Positions 1 through 7,029 of a DNA stretch of 17,082 nt are shown here, in pieces. Under the pieces are notes generated by a model. The model had not been told where the DNA came from, made no database searches, and saw only the letters and a list, made by a program, of their open reading frames with translations. The stretch lies in assembly GCA_020833025.1 (NCBI GenBank), contig JAJHRB010000034.1, forward strand, positions 1 to 17,082, read 5' to 3'. The position numbers and the translations under genes were made by a program. Source of the stretch: Thermoproteaceae archaeon. GTDB taxonomy: Archaea > Thermoproteota > Thermoprotei > Thermoproteales > Thermoproteaceae. Positions within the stretch are counted from its first letter, which is position 1; each line of letters opens with the position of its first letter.

Positions 1-7
1 GGCAGGT

Positions 8-919
8 CTAGTACACTGGCACGACCCACTTCAGGTACTTCTCCACCCTCCCCCTCACGACTTTTGCGTAAAGCTCGGCGAGCTTCGTGGTTATCGGGCC
101 GGGCCTGCCGTCGCCCACGGGCCTGCCGTCAACCTCAATAACCGGCGTGATCTCGGCCGCTGTGCCCGCGAGGAATATCTCGTCTGCCGTGTACACCTCC
201 TCCCTAGTTATGGGTTTCTCCGCAACCTGCATGCCGATGTCCCCGGCCAGCTTTATGACCGTGTCCCTCGTGATCCCCTCGAGAATTGACTGGTAGACGG
301 GCGGCGTGTAGATAATATTCTTCCTGGCAATGAATACGTTCTCGCCCGATCCCTCGACGACATAGCCCCACGCGTCCATGAGGAGCGCCTCGTCGTAGCC
401 ACGGCTCCGGGCCTCTAACCGCGCGAGCACGGAGTTCACGTAAATCCCGCCAATTTTGGCCATCACGGGGAGCATTGTATTGTGCACTCTGCGCCAGCTC
501 GCAATGGTCGCTCTAACGCCGCCGGGGGGTAGGTACTTGCCGAAGGGGACTGCTATTATCGCGAGCGAGACGTCGGGCGATTTGATGTCGAGAGTAATTG
601 TCTGCGACGAGACAAAAGCTATCGGCCTCACGTAGACGTCCTCCTTGAATTCATTCGCTCTCAGCGTCTCCACTATAGCGTTGCGCACCTCCTCCCTCTG
701 GAGAGGAATCTTAATTCCTAGTATTTTCGCAGAGTTAAACATTCTGTCTATGTGATCGTCGAGTCTGAACAAGAGCAGGTTCTCGCCGGTCCAGTAGCCT
801 CTAATGCCCTCGAATACCGAGGTCCCGTAGTGGAGCGCGTGCGTCATTACGTGTACTTTCGCGTCGCTCCAGTTGAGGAGCTTGCCGTCCAGCCAGATGT
901 ACTTTGCAGGGGGCTTCAC
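8..919 (-). CDS. ilvE: Branched-chain amino acid aminotransferase (PLP class IV)
   Basis: Motifs ALHYGTSVFEGIR, YVRP, AKIGGIY (catalytic Lys), EGSGENVF, ILEGITR, EIFLAGT. The ORF track starts at TTG 940. GTG at 919 (MKPPAKYIWLDG) is preferred because TTAAAA lies at 941-946 on the minus strand; ATG at 928 is an alternative. Confidence 0.95.
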   Translation of the reverse strand: MKPPAKYIWLDGKLLNWSDAKVHVMTHALHYGTSVFEGIRGYWTGENLLLFRLDDHIDRMFNSAKILGIKIPLQREEVRNAIVETLRANEFKEDVYVRPIAFVSSQTITLDIKSPDVSLAIIAVPFGKYLPPGGVRATIASWRRVHNTMLPVMAKIGGIYVNSVLARLEARSRGYDEALLMDAWGYVVEGSGENVFIARKNIIYTPPVYQSILEGITRDTVIKLAGDIGMQVAEKPITREEVYTADEIFLAGTAAEITPVIEVDGRPVGDGRPGPITTKLAELYAKVVRGRVEKYLKWVVPVY

Positions 920-940
920 GCGCAGCATCTCGCGAGGCAA

Positions 941-946
941 TTTTAA
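941..946 (-). promoter_or_regulatory. TATA box of ilvE
   Basis: TTAAAA on the minus strand, 22-27 nt upstream of GTG 919. Confidence 0.5.
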
Positions 947-1000
947 GCTGTGCGAGATGTTGCCAGCGGCGGGGGGCTCCGTGCTCGCTAATCGTAAGCC

Positions 1001-1007
1001 TTAAATA
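1001..1007 (+). promoter_or_regulatory. TATA box of the small wHTH gene
   Basis: TTAAATA 22-28 nt upstream of ATG 1029, divergent from the ilvE promoter. Confidence 0.55.
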
Positions 1008-1028
1008 TTAGAATTCCTGACTGTATAC

Positions 1029-1217
1029 ATGCCAACAGGCGTGAAGGCTAAGATATACGAGTTTCTAGTGCAGAATAAAAACAAGGAGTTCACGGCGGAG
1101 GAGATAGCGAAGGCACTGGGAGTCGAGAAGGCAGCCGTGGTCAAGGCTCAGCTCACGAGACTCGTTAGAGAGGGCAAGGTCGAGAAAACTCCAGAGGGGC
1201 GCTACAGAGTAAAGTAG
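1029..1217 (+). CDS. Small basic winged helix-turn-helix DNA-binding protein (62 aa)
   Basis: Compact wHTH pattern KIYEFL...FTAEEIAKALGV...KAQLTRLVREGKVEK..GRYRV. Contains 10 Lys and 4 Arg against 8 Glu, and has its own TATA box and downstream T-tract. Confidence 0.85.
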   Translation: MPTGVKAKIYEFLVQNKNKEFTAEEIAKALGVEKAAVVKAQLTRLVREGKVEKTPEGRYRVK

Positions 1218-1255
1218 CGGGCGCGGCGGCAAAACCGTAAAAGCCCGTCTTTTTT
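1217..1255 (+). terminator. Putative terminator: GC stem followed by a T6 tract
   Basis: GCGGGC (1217-1222) can pair with GCCCGT (1243-1248), followed by TTTTTT at 1250-1255 directly after the stop codon. Confidence 0.45.
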
Positions 1256-1264
1256 ATTCAACGA

Positions 1265-2053
1265 ATGCTTTCGTTACCACACGAAATTCTCGGCGCGCTG
1301 GAGCAAATCAGATCGCAGCTGAAGAGAATCGGAGACGGGGTGGAGCCGGCTCAGCTCCGCGAGTCTGTGAGGCACTACCTCCAGCTCCCGGGCAAGCTGT
1401 TGAGGCCTATTCTCGCGCTCACGCTCTCTTACAGCCTCGACAGGAGGTCGCTGCTCAACCCGAAAATACTCCAGACGGCAGTGCTCGTCGAGCTGCTGCA
1501 CGTGGTGTCTTTGCTGCAGGACGACGTGATGGACAAGCACGAGACCAGGAGGGGCATTAAGACCCCGCGCGCGCTGTACGGCGACTGCGCGTCTATTCTC
1601 GCCAGCGACTGGCTCATTGCGGAGTCTGTAAAGCGCGCAGCCCAGCTGGGCCCGGAGGTAGTTGAGTACCTGGCGAGCGTGGCGCAGAGACTCTCGGCCG
1701 GCCAGGCATTCGACCTCCTCGGCGATAGGAAGAAGGCAGCGGAGCTGAAGACCGCGCCTCTAATAGAGGCGGCACTAGTCCTGCCTGCCTTGCTGCTGAA
1801 TAGACAGGACGTACTGGAGGTTGTTAGGAGTCTGGGAGAGCGGCTCGGGGTGCTCTACCAGTACTCGGACGACATGAGAGACGAGGGCGTCCTGCAGGGC
1901 GACGTCAGTCGCATTGTCGTCGAGGTCGAGGAGCTTGTGGGGAGGCTCAGAGAGCTGGTGGGCGAGGCGCTGGCCCCCTTCGAGAGGCTGGTTCGCTTCA
2001 TCGTCAGAGAGGCGCTGAGCGGCAGCATAACCGTACTGGCCAGGCTCCTCTAG
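1265..2053 (+). CDS. Trans-isoprenyl diphosphate synthase (polyprenyl synthetase), probably longer than C20 product
   Basis: GKLLRP, first Asp-rich motif QDDVMD followed by RRG, GQAFDL, KTA, second motif YSDDMRD. Confidence 0.9.
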   Translation: MLSLPHEILGALEQIRSQLKRIGDGVEPAQLRESVRHYLQLPGKLLRPILALTLSYSLDRRSLLNPKILQTAVLVELLHVVSLLQDDVMDKHETRRGIKTPRALYGDCASILASDWLIAESVKRAAQLGPEVVEYLASVAQRLSAGQAFDLLGDRKKAAELKTAPLIEAALVLPALLLNRQDVLEVVRSLGERLGVLYQYSDDMRDEGVLQGDVSRIVVEVEELVGRLRELVGEALAPFERLVRFIVREALSGSITVLARLL

Positions 2054-2062
2054 CTCCCGCAA

Positions 2063-2069
2063 TTTTTAA
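2063..2069 (+). promoter_or_regulatory. TATA box upstream of the C/D sRNA
   Basis: TTTTTAA 23-29 nt upstream of the C box, with no plus-strand CDS start at that spacing. Confidence 0.5.
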
Positions 2070-2089
2070 CAGCAAGAGCCAGGCCGGCG

Positions 2090-2146
2090 ATGTGATGAGG
2101 CTAGACTACGCCGAGTAGTGACGACGCGTGAAAGGGCTGAGGGCCT
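2090..2146 (+). ncRNA. Box C/D methylation guide sRNA
   Basis: C box GTGATGA 2092-2098; 12-nt guide 2099-2110; D' box CCGA 2111-2114; C' box GTGACGA 2118-2124; 12-nt guide 2125-2136; D box CTGA 2137-2140. AGGCC (2081-2085) can pair with GGCCT (2142-2146). Intergenic, with canonical archaeal spacing. Confidence 0.9.
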
Positions 2147-2160
2147 CTCTCATTCCGGTC

Positions 2161-2176
2161 GCGCGGGGCCCCGCGC
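2161..2176. repeat. Perfect 16-bp palindrome GCGCGGGGCCCCGCGC
   Basis: Read directly; lies between the sRNA and the NTPase gene. Function unknown. Confidence 0.6.
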
Positions 2177-2212
2177 CCTCAACTTACATAACTTCAGCGC
2201 CTCGGCCAGCGC

Positions 2213-2707
2213 GTGAAAATCGGCGTTGCCGGAATGCCTGGAGTCGGCAAGACCACGCTCGTCGTGAGAGTTGTCGAGAGGGCCGGCCAGAGGTACTCGG
2301 TCTGCGGCTTCATAACGCTAGAGGTGCGGGAGGGCGGCAGGCGGGTCGGCTTTGACGTCATTGACATAGCGACAGGCACGAGGGCGCCGTTCGCGAGAGT
2401 AGGCGCGGGGAGCCCCTCGGTCGGGAGGTACGCGCTCGACCTGAGGGCGTGCGAGGTCATAAGCGGGGCTCTCAAGCGCCGCTCCTGCGATCTGCTCGTA
2501 ATAGACGAGATAGGGACGATGGAATTCAAGTGCCCGCGATTTGGCGCGGAGCTTGAGTCCGCAGTGAGGGAGCTCCCGAGGGTGCTCGCGACAGTTCACA
2601 GAAATTACGTGGGGGTTGCCAGGAAGCTCGGCCTCGACGTCCTCTGGCTCACCCGGGAGAGCTGGAACTCGGTCTTCGAGAGTGTACTCAGGCGGCTTGG
2701 GCTGTGA
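2213..2707 (+). CDS. THEP1/NTPase_1 family nucleoside triphosphatase
   Basis: Walker [26 protein letters not shown], Walker [11 protein letters not shown]; 164 aa with GTG start. Confidence 0.92.
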   Translation: MKIGVAGMPGVGKTTLVVRVVERAGQRYSVCGFITLEVREGGRRVGFDVIDIATGTRAPFARVGAGSPSVGRYALDLRACEVISGALKRRSCDLLVIDEIGTMEFKCPRFGAELESAVRELPRVLATVHRNYVGVARKLGLDVLWLTRESWNSVFESVLRRLGL

Positions 2708-2752
2708 TACCGGCGCGCCGCGCGGCCCTCAGGCCGCGGGGCCGGGCCTGGC

Positions 2753-2995
2753 CTAGCCGGAGGCACTAGGCTGGCGCGCGTCGCCGCGTATTCTGAGGTA
2801 CTGCACGTAGACTGGGCACTCCGCGCCGCCGTTGTGGCAGTGCCTCTCGTACCGCTGTCTTGCGAGGCGCCACTCCTCAGGCGGTATCAGCACGCAGCGC
2901 GTGCCGTCTACCGTCTGGCGGTACATGACGCATCGCGCACGCCTGACCTCCTCGTGGCGTCTCTCCAGGGGCTCCTCCTGTCTCTCTCGCACCAC
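2753..2995 (-). CDS. Small Cys-rich hypothetical protein, possibly metal-binding
   Basis: 80-aa ORF with CTTATAT TATA at 3015-3021 (minus) and four Cys in RCVMY, RCVLIPPEEW and HCHNGGAECP. The start could instead be ATG 2926. Confidence 0.6.
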   Translation of the reverse strand: MVRERQEEPLERRHEEVRRARCVMYRQTVDGTRCVLIPPEEWRLARQRYERHCHNGGAECPVYVQYLRIRGDARQPSASG

Positions 2996-3202
2996 AGCTC
3001 CTCGGAGCCGGCTGATATAAGAAGGCCGCGGCGGCCCGCACCAAGCAAGGCCATGTCCGCCCGCGCCACTTTTTAATTACAGCGGCCCCCGGAGGCCTCC
3101 TGGAGCCAGCCCGCGTGTCGAGCGGCCGGCCCCGGGAGAGAGTGGCGCGTCCCGCGGCAGCCGCGACGCCGTCCGTTTTTTAACATGCACACAGGGAACG
3201 CC

Positions 3203-3745
3203 GTGGAGTGCGACGCAGTCATGGAGTACCTCAGAGGCAGAGGCATCAGTGCTATTCGCGACGGCGCAGAGCTCGTGCTGGCGAGGGTGGGCTCTTTGAA
3301 CATAGGCTTCTGGTGCCCGCGCCACGAGCTTCCCGAACTCGATGACGTAGAGAGCGCCAGGAGGGCGTTGCGTCTTGGTTCTCTCGACGTGCTCGTGATA
3401 GTGTCTTACAGGCCGTACGTCCTGGTGGATTACCTCAGCGCGTTGGTGGAGAGGGCGCAGCGGTGGTACGGCATGAGGATGGGCGTAAAGCTCCTCGGGG
3501 TCAGCTCGGTGGAACTAGAGGCGGGCCTCGAGGACGCGCTGGGCAGGGCGTTTCTAGAGGCGCCGCAGAAGCTCGGCGGGGGCGTCATGACCGACGACGT
3601 GTGCCCGCAGTGCAGGACCGCGAGACTGCGCCTCTACAGGAGCGAGAGGTACTTCTCCAGGAAATACTACAGGAGAGTCCTGGAGAGCGTCATGGCGTGC
3701 ACAAACTGCGGAGTCAGGATCAGGCGGCTCGAGCTACTTGACTAG
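3203..3745 (+). CDS. Hypothetical protein with C-terminal zinc ribbon
   Basis: CPQC...CTNC pair at the C-terminus. TTTTTTAA at 3176-3183 favours GTG 3203 over ATG 3185. Confidence 0.75.
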   Translation: MECDAVMEYLRGRGISAIRDGAELVLARVGSLNIGFWCPRHELPELDDVESARRALRLGSLDVLVIVSYRPYVLVDYLSALVERAQRWYGMRMGVKLLGVSSVELEAGLEDALGRAFLEAPQKLGGGVMTDDVCPQCRTARLRLYRSERYFSRKYYRRVLESVMACTNCGVRIRRLELLD

Positions 3746-4630
3746 CACTCTGGCGCCCGGGTCTATTCTGAACACTACACCCCTCAGGAGCAGCGGCAGG
3801 CGGCTCTTCGCGACCCTCTCGCTTATTATGGCCACTGCCGCCTCTTTATGCCCTCCCCCGGCTCCCACGCTCCTCGCAAGTGACGTCACGTCTATGTCCC
3901 GCGATCTGAACACCAGGTGGACCCCGTCGTCCTTCCTTGACGCGACTATTGCAACGTCGCACCCGACTGACACCAGAAGCGCGGCGAGGTCTGCCTCGTA
4001 GGCGCTCACGTGAGATGTGCAGAGCGTGCCGAGGGAGGTCTTGTACGCCTCCAGCCTCCGCATGCCCTTCAGCAGCGCGAGGGCCCTGCGCTCCTCCCTG
4101 CCGGCGCCTCTCTCGTCGCCGGTCACGTCGCCGAGAGTCCCGCCGGCTCTCTCCAAGAGCCTCGCCAGGAGCGCGAGAGTCTCTGCATCGGCCCTCTTGA
4201 GCCTGCCCGTGTCGGTGTATATGCCGAGCACCGCGAGTCTCGCGACGTCGGCGGGTATCTCAACGCCGGCCTCCTCGGCGAGCCTAACCGCGATCTCGGT
4301 GCAGCTGGGCCTCTCGACGACTATCCCGGGGATGTCGTCGCCGGTCTTGTGGTGGTCGACTCTCACGCACCGGCCCTCCAGCCCTGGCACCTGGCTCAGC
4401 GACGCGACGTCCGCGAGCACGTACGCGTCCACGCCTCTCGGCAGCTCCCCGCTGCAGCCGCCGAGCGGAGACCCCTCGGGGCACACTACAGCCGCGATGT
4501 CGAAGCCCATTTTCCTGAGCACAAGCTCGAGCACTCTGGCGCACGCCAGCGCGTCGGCGTCGGCCCTCCTGTGCGTTACTATTGCAACTCTCCCGGCGCC
4601 CCTCAGCAGCTCTCTCAGTCTCTCAAGCAC
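3734..4630 (-). CDS. DHH/DHHA1 family phosphoesterase
   Basis: Motifs THRRADADA, LAD, VDHH, GIYTDTG and C-terminal GGGHKEAA. Start uncertain (GTG 4630 or GTG 4663). Confidence 0.9.
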   Translation of the reverse strand: MLERLRELLRGAGRVAIVTHRRADADALACARVLELVLRKMGFDIAAVVCPEGSPLGGCSGELPRGVDAYVLADVASLSQVPGLEGRCVRVDHHKTGDDIPGIVVERPSCTEIAVRLAEEAGVEIPADVARLAVLGIYTDTGRLKRADAETLALLARLLERAGGTLGDVTGDERGAGREERRALALLKGMRRLEAYKTSLGTLCTSHVSAYEADLAALLVSVGCDVAIVASRKDDGVHLVFRSRDIDVTSLARSVGAGGGHKEAAVAIISERVAKSRLPLLLRGVVFRIDPGARVLVK

Positions 4631-4899
4631 GACTCCCTGACCTCGTCCCTGCTTACCGGCCACCCCCTCTCCCGTATTAAGTCGGCAATGCAGATTCCCA
4701 GCTCTGCCGCCCCGTCAGCAACGCGCTGCAGGTAGGCGTCGTCGACGAGGGCGCTGGCGTAAACGTCAACGTCTACCTCTACCCCGCCGCTAGTGTAAGA
4801 AACCGTAACGGTTATGTGCCCCGCCGCGCCGCCCAGTTTTCTCTCGACGTATTTGGTTACCTCTGACGATATGAACTCGCTTATCTCGCTCTCCCCCAT
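4615..4899 (-). CDS. Conserved archaeal protein, DUF3194-like
   Basis: 94 aa with an ITVTVS...VEVDVDVY...VADGAAE pattern, lying between pfdB and the DHH gene as in other archaea. Family assigned from recall. Confidence 0.6.
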   Translation of the reverse strand: MGESEISEFISSEVTKYVERKLGGAAGHITVTVSYTSGGVEVDVDVYASALVDDAYLQRVADGAAELGICIADLIRERGWPVSRDEVRESCLRD

Positions 4900-4909
4900 T
4901 GAATGCCGC

Positions 4910-5287
4910 CTAGCCGCCGCTCTTGGAAGCCTCGGCGGCGCCCTTGAGCCTCGCGAGTTCCTTATTTATTTCGTCGCGGATTTTCTCCAGCTGCTCCCTC
5001 AGCAGCGATTCCTGCCTGGACAGCGTCTTGACGTGAAGCTCCAAGAGCTCCTTCCTGTCTCGGAGCTCTTGCAGCGCCGCGCTCTTGCTCTGCGGCACTA
5101 GGAAGTTCCCGACGCTCTTGTACACGGTGGCGTCCTGCGGGAGCTTGTCTATTTCCATCATTGCTCTCTCCACCTCCTTGAGCTCTGCCTCAAATTGCTG
5201 CTTTCTCACCAAGACGCCCTGCAATTGCGCGTTCGCCTGGTTAAGGCGGTTCAGCAGGTCCTGCAGAGATGGCGGTATCTGCGACAT
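4910..5287 (-). CDS. pfdB: Prefoldin beta subunit
   Basis: Coiled-coil helices flanking the VYKSVGNFLV beta-hairpin, 125 aa. GGAGG-type SD just upstream and TTTTTAA at 5309-5315. Confidence 0.95.
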   Translation of the reverse strand: MSQIPPSLQDLLNRLNQANAQLQGVLVRKQQFEAELKEVERAMMEIDKLPQDATVYKSVGNFLVPQSKSAALQELRDRKELLELHVKTLSRQESLLREQLEKIRDEINKELARLKGAAEASKSGG

Positions 5288-5327
5288 GACCCTCCCCCGC
5301 CGCGCGCGTTAAAAACATTCCGCGAGT

Positions 5328-5537
5328 CTAGAGTCTCTCGACGTGCTCGATCACATACAGCGAGCGGAATATCGTGTGGAGCAGCGATCTCAAGCTGGCG
5401 GCGTCCTCCGCCTCGGCGACTATCAATCCGCCCTCGACGCGGAGGCGGCCGCGGGAGAATACAACCTCTCTCTCCAGCAGCTTGAAGACCTCCAGCGCTA
5501 GCCTGCCCCCGCTGACAAGAACCTCAAGCCTGTACAC
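5328..5537 (-). CDS. pcc1: KEOPS complex subunit Pcc1
   Basis: Real gene is the last 69 codons of track ORF 5328..5840. GTG 5537 is preceded by SD-like GGAGGGTGA. Motif AEDAASLRSLLHTIFRSL and position between the Brix gene and pfdB fit Pcc1. Confidence 0.8.
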   Translation of the reverse strand: MYRLEVLVSGGRLALEVFKLLEREVVFSRGRLRVEGGLIVAEAEDAASLRSLLHTIFRSLYVIEHVERL

Positions 5538-6082
5538 GCCCTGTAGATCACCCTCCCAATTTTTAGCGTGGGAGCTCTGGGGCCCAAATCGCTCCCGAGC
5601 GTCTCGACCAGCGTGATGTCGTCCCTCTGCCTGATTAACAATACCGTGTCGAAGAGCCCCCGAACTGCGTCTAGGTCGTGCACCACTGGGTAGTGGAATA
5701 CTTCCATGAAAATGTCGCTGATCTCGTTCCTGGCTAGATCGACTATCACGGCGCTTCTCGCCCTCGGCCTCCTCGCGACGAGCGCCGGGAAGTCTCTCCT
5801 CATCCTCACGCCGGATATCCTGAGAGCGTAGGGCTCCCACGCTCTGCCGGCCACGTCATAAAATAAGAGCGCGAAGGGCACGCCGCGCCTGTCCCACACG
5901 AGCACGACGTGTTCCGCCCCGTAGCGCACTGCTTCCTCTAGCACCGCCGTGAGGGACTTCCTCCCCCTGCTCACCTTAACGGTTCCGGGGAGCGAGTTCG
6001 CCAGGTCGTTTACGAGCTCGCGCGTGACCCGAGACGGCTCTCTCGATGTCGTTATCGCAACCCTGAAGGGGCTGCCTGGCAT
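5498..6082 (-). CDS. Brix/Imp4-domain ribosome biogenesis protein
   Basis: N-terminal ITTSREPSRVTRELVNDL and RGRKSL motifs; directly downstream of rpl37ae. Confidence 0.85.
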   Translation of the reverse strand: MPGSPFRVAITTSREPSRVTRELVNDLANSLPGTVKVSRGRKSLTAVLEEAVRYGAEHVVLVWDRRGVPFALLFYDVAGRAWEPYALRISGVRMRRDFPALVARRPRARSAVIVDLARNEISDIFMEVFHYPVVHDLDAVRGLFDTVLLIRQRDDITLVETLGSDLGPRAPTLKIGRVIYRACTGLRFLSAGAG

Positions 6083-6091
6083 TCCCCGCAG

Positions 6092-6418
6092 CTACGTGCC
6101 GGCGGCGCGGAGGGCCTTGACGCGCTCCTTCCACCTCATCTTCTCGAGCTCAATCTGCTTCAGCTCCTCCGGCGCGAAAGTCTTCCCGAGGACTGTCTGC
6201 GGCGCCCACGCGCCGCCGGCAAACGTGAAGCCGCACTTCGGGCACTTCCATATGCCGAAGGCGGGTCTCTCGAGCCTGACCAGCTCCCTGCAGCTCGGGC
6301 ACCTGTGCCTCCCGCGCTGCCTGACCTCTATCATTGTTATCTTGCGGCGCAATCCCATCCCGTACCTCGCGCCGTACCTTCCCGCCGGCCCGACTATTTT
6401 AGTGTGCGAGAACGGCAC
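6092..6418 (-). CDS. rpl37ae: 50S ribosomal protein L37Ae (eL43)
   Basis: GPAGRYGARYG, CPSC...GIWKCPKCGFTFAGGAW zinc finger. True start is GTG 6418, with TTTTTAA at 6439-6445. Confidence 0.96.
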   Translation of the reverse strand: MPFSHTKIVGPAGRYGARYGMGLRRKITMIEVRQRGRHRCPSCRELVRLERPAFGIWKCPKCGFTFAGGAWAPQTVLGKTFAPEELKQIELEKMRWKERVKALRAAGT

Positions 6419-6497
6419 GCCGGCATTCTTGCCGCCCCTTAAAAAGCTTCGCAGCGCCGTTATGCCCCCTTTCAACCCCCACTGCCTTCAGGGGCCG

Positions 6498-6577
6498 GGG
6501 CTCCGGGACGCCGGCTGGCCTGAGCGCCGGCGGCACGCTTGAGGGGGCGCGGTGCCGCCGGGCGGCTCCTGGAGCCC
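6498..6577. other. Strong intergenic GC-rich stem-loop (candidate ncRNA or element end)
   Basis: GGGCTCCGGGA (6498-6508) pairs with TCCTGGAGCCC (6567-6577) with one G-U. CCGGCGGCAC (6527-6536) and GTGCCGCCGG (6552-6561) are a perfect 10-bp inverted repeat. Confidence 0.45.
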
Positions 6578-6581
6578 GCAA

Positions 6582-6587
6582 TATAAA
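6582..6587 (+). promoter_or_regulatory. TATA box of the PaREP1/HEPN-like gene
   Basis: TATAAA 23-28 nt upstream of GTG 6610. Confidence 0.55.
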
Positions 6588-6609
6588 GGCGTGGCTGCAG
6601 AGGCGTAAC

Positions 6610-6990
6610 GTGGGCGTCGCGGGCTTCGGGCTCACCAGGGAGGTCCTCAAGTATGTGATGAACGAGTTCAGAAAGGCCGTGAAGCTGGGCGACCTCTTCC
6701 TCTACAGGAACGCCGCCGACAAGGCCTTCTTGGCACTGGTCATAGCGGTGAGCGCCTACATAGCCGCGGTGGAGGGCATCGAGCCCGCCGGCCACAGCGA
6801 GAGGAGGATTCTGCGGGAGATCGGCAGGGAGGCCTGAGGGCCCTCTACAGCGACCTCATGAAACCCTACACGAAGAGGCATTCTACCAGGGGGTCTACCA
6901 GCCGGACGAGGTGGAGTGCGCTGAGGAGGGTGGAGGAGGTGATAGCCCGGCTGGAGGAGGAGGCGCGGGGCTGCAGAGCGCCTCTAGCGG
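6610..6990 (+). pseudogene. PaREP1/HEPN-like gene broken by three frameshifts
   Basis: First frame gives LYRNAADKAFLAL...GHSERR then stops at 6835-6837. LRALYSDLMK, LHEEAFYQGVYQPDEVE and ALRRVEEVIARLEEE continue in shifted frames, with breaks near 6833, 6864 and 6918. End coordinate approximate. Confidence 0.7.
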
Positions 6991-7029
6991 CGGCCGCACT
7001 TCCTGCTGCCCGCTCTCCCGCGTGTTGAG

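Noticed and set aside
2125-2218. CGCGTGAAA occurs both in the sRNA D guide (2125-2133) and at the NTPase start (2210-2218)
   Set aside because: Same orientation, so it cannot base-pair with that mRNA; a 9-mer match is weak evidence for duplication.
5538-5840. N-terminal 101 codons of track ORF 5328..5840
   Set aside because: Alternative frame inside the Brix gene; only the last 69 codons are Pcc1.
3097-6576. CTCCTGGAGCC shared by two structured spacers (3097-3107 and 6566-6576)
   Set aside because: Many 11-mer repeats are expected by chance in 17 kb of GC-rich DNA, and the flanks do not align.
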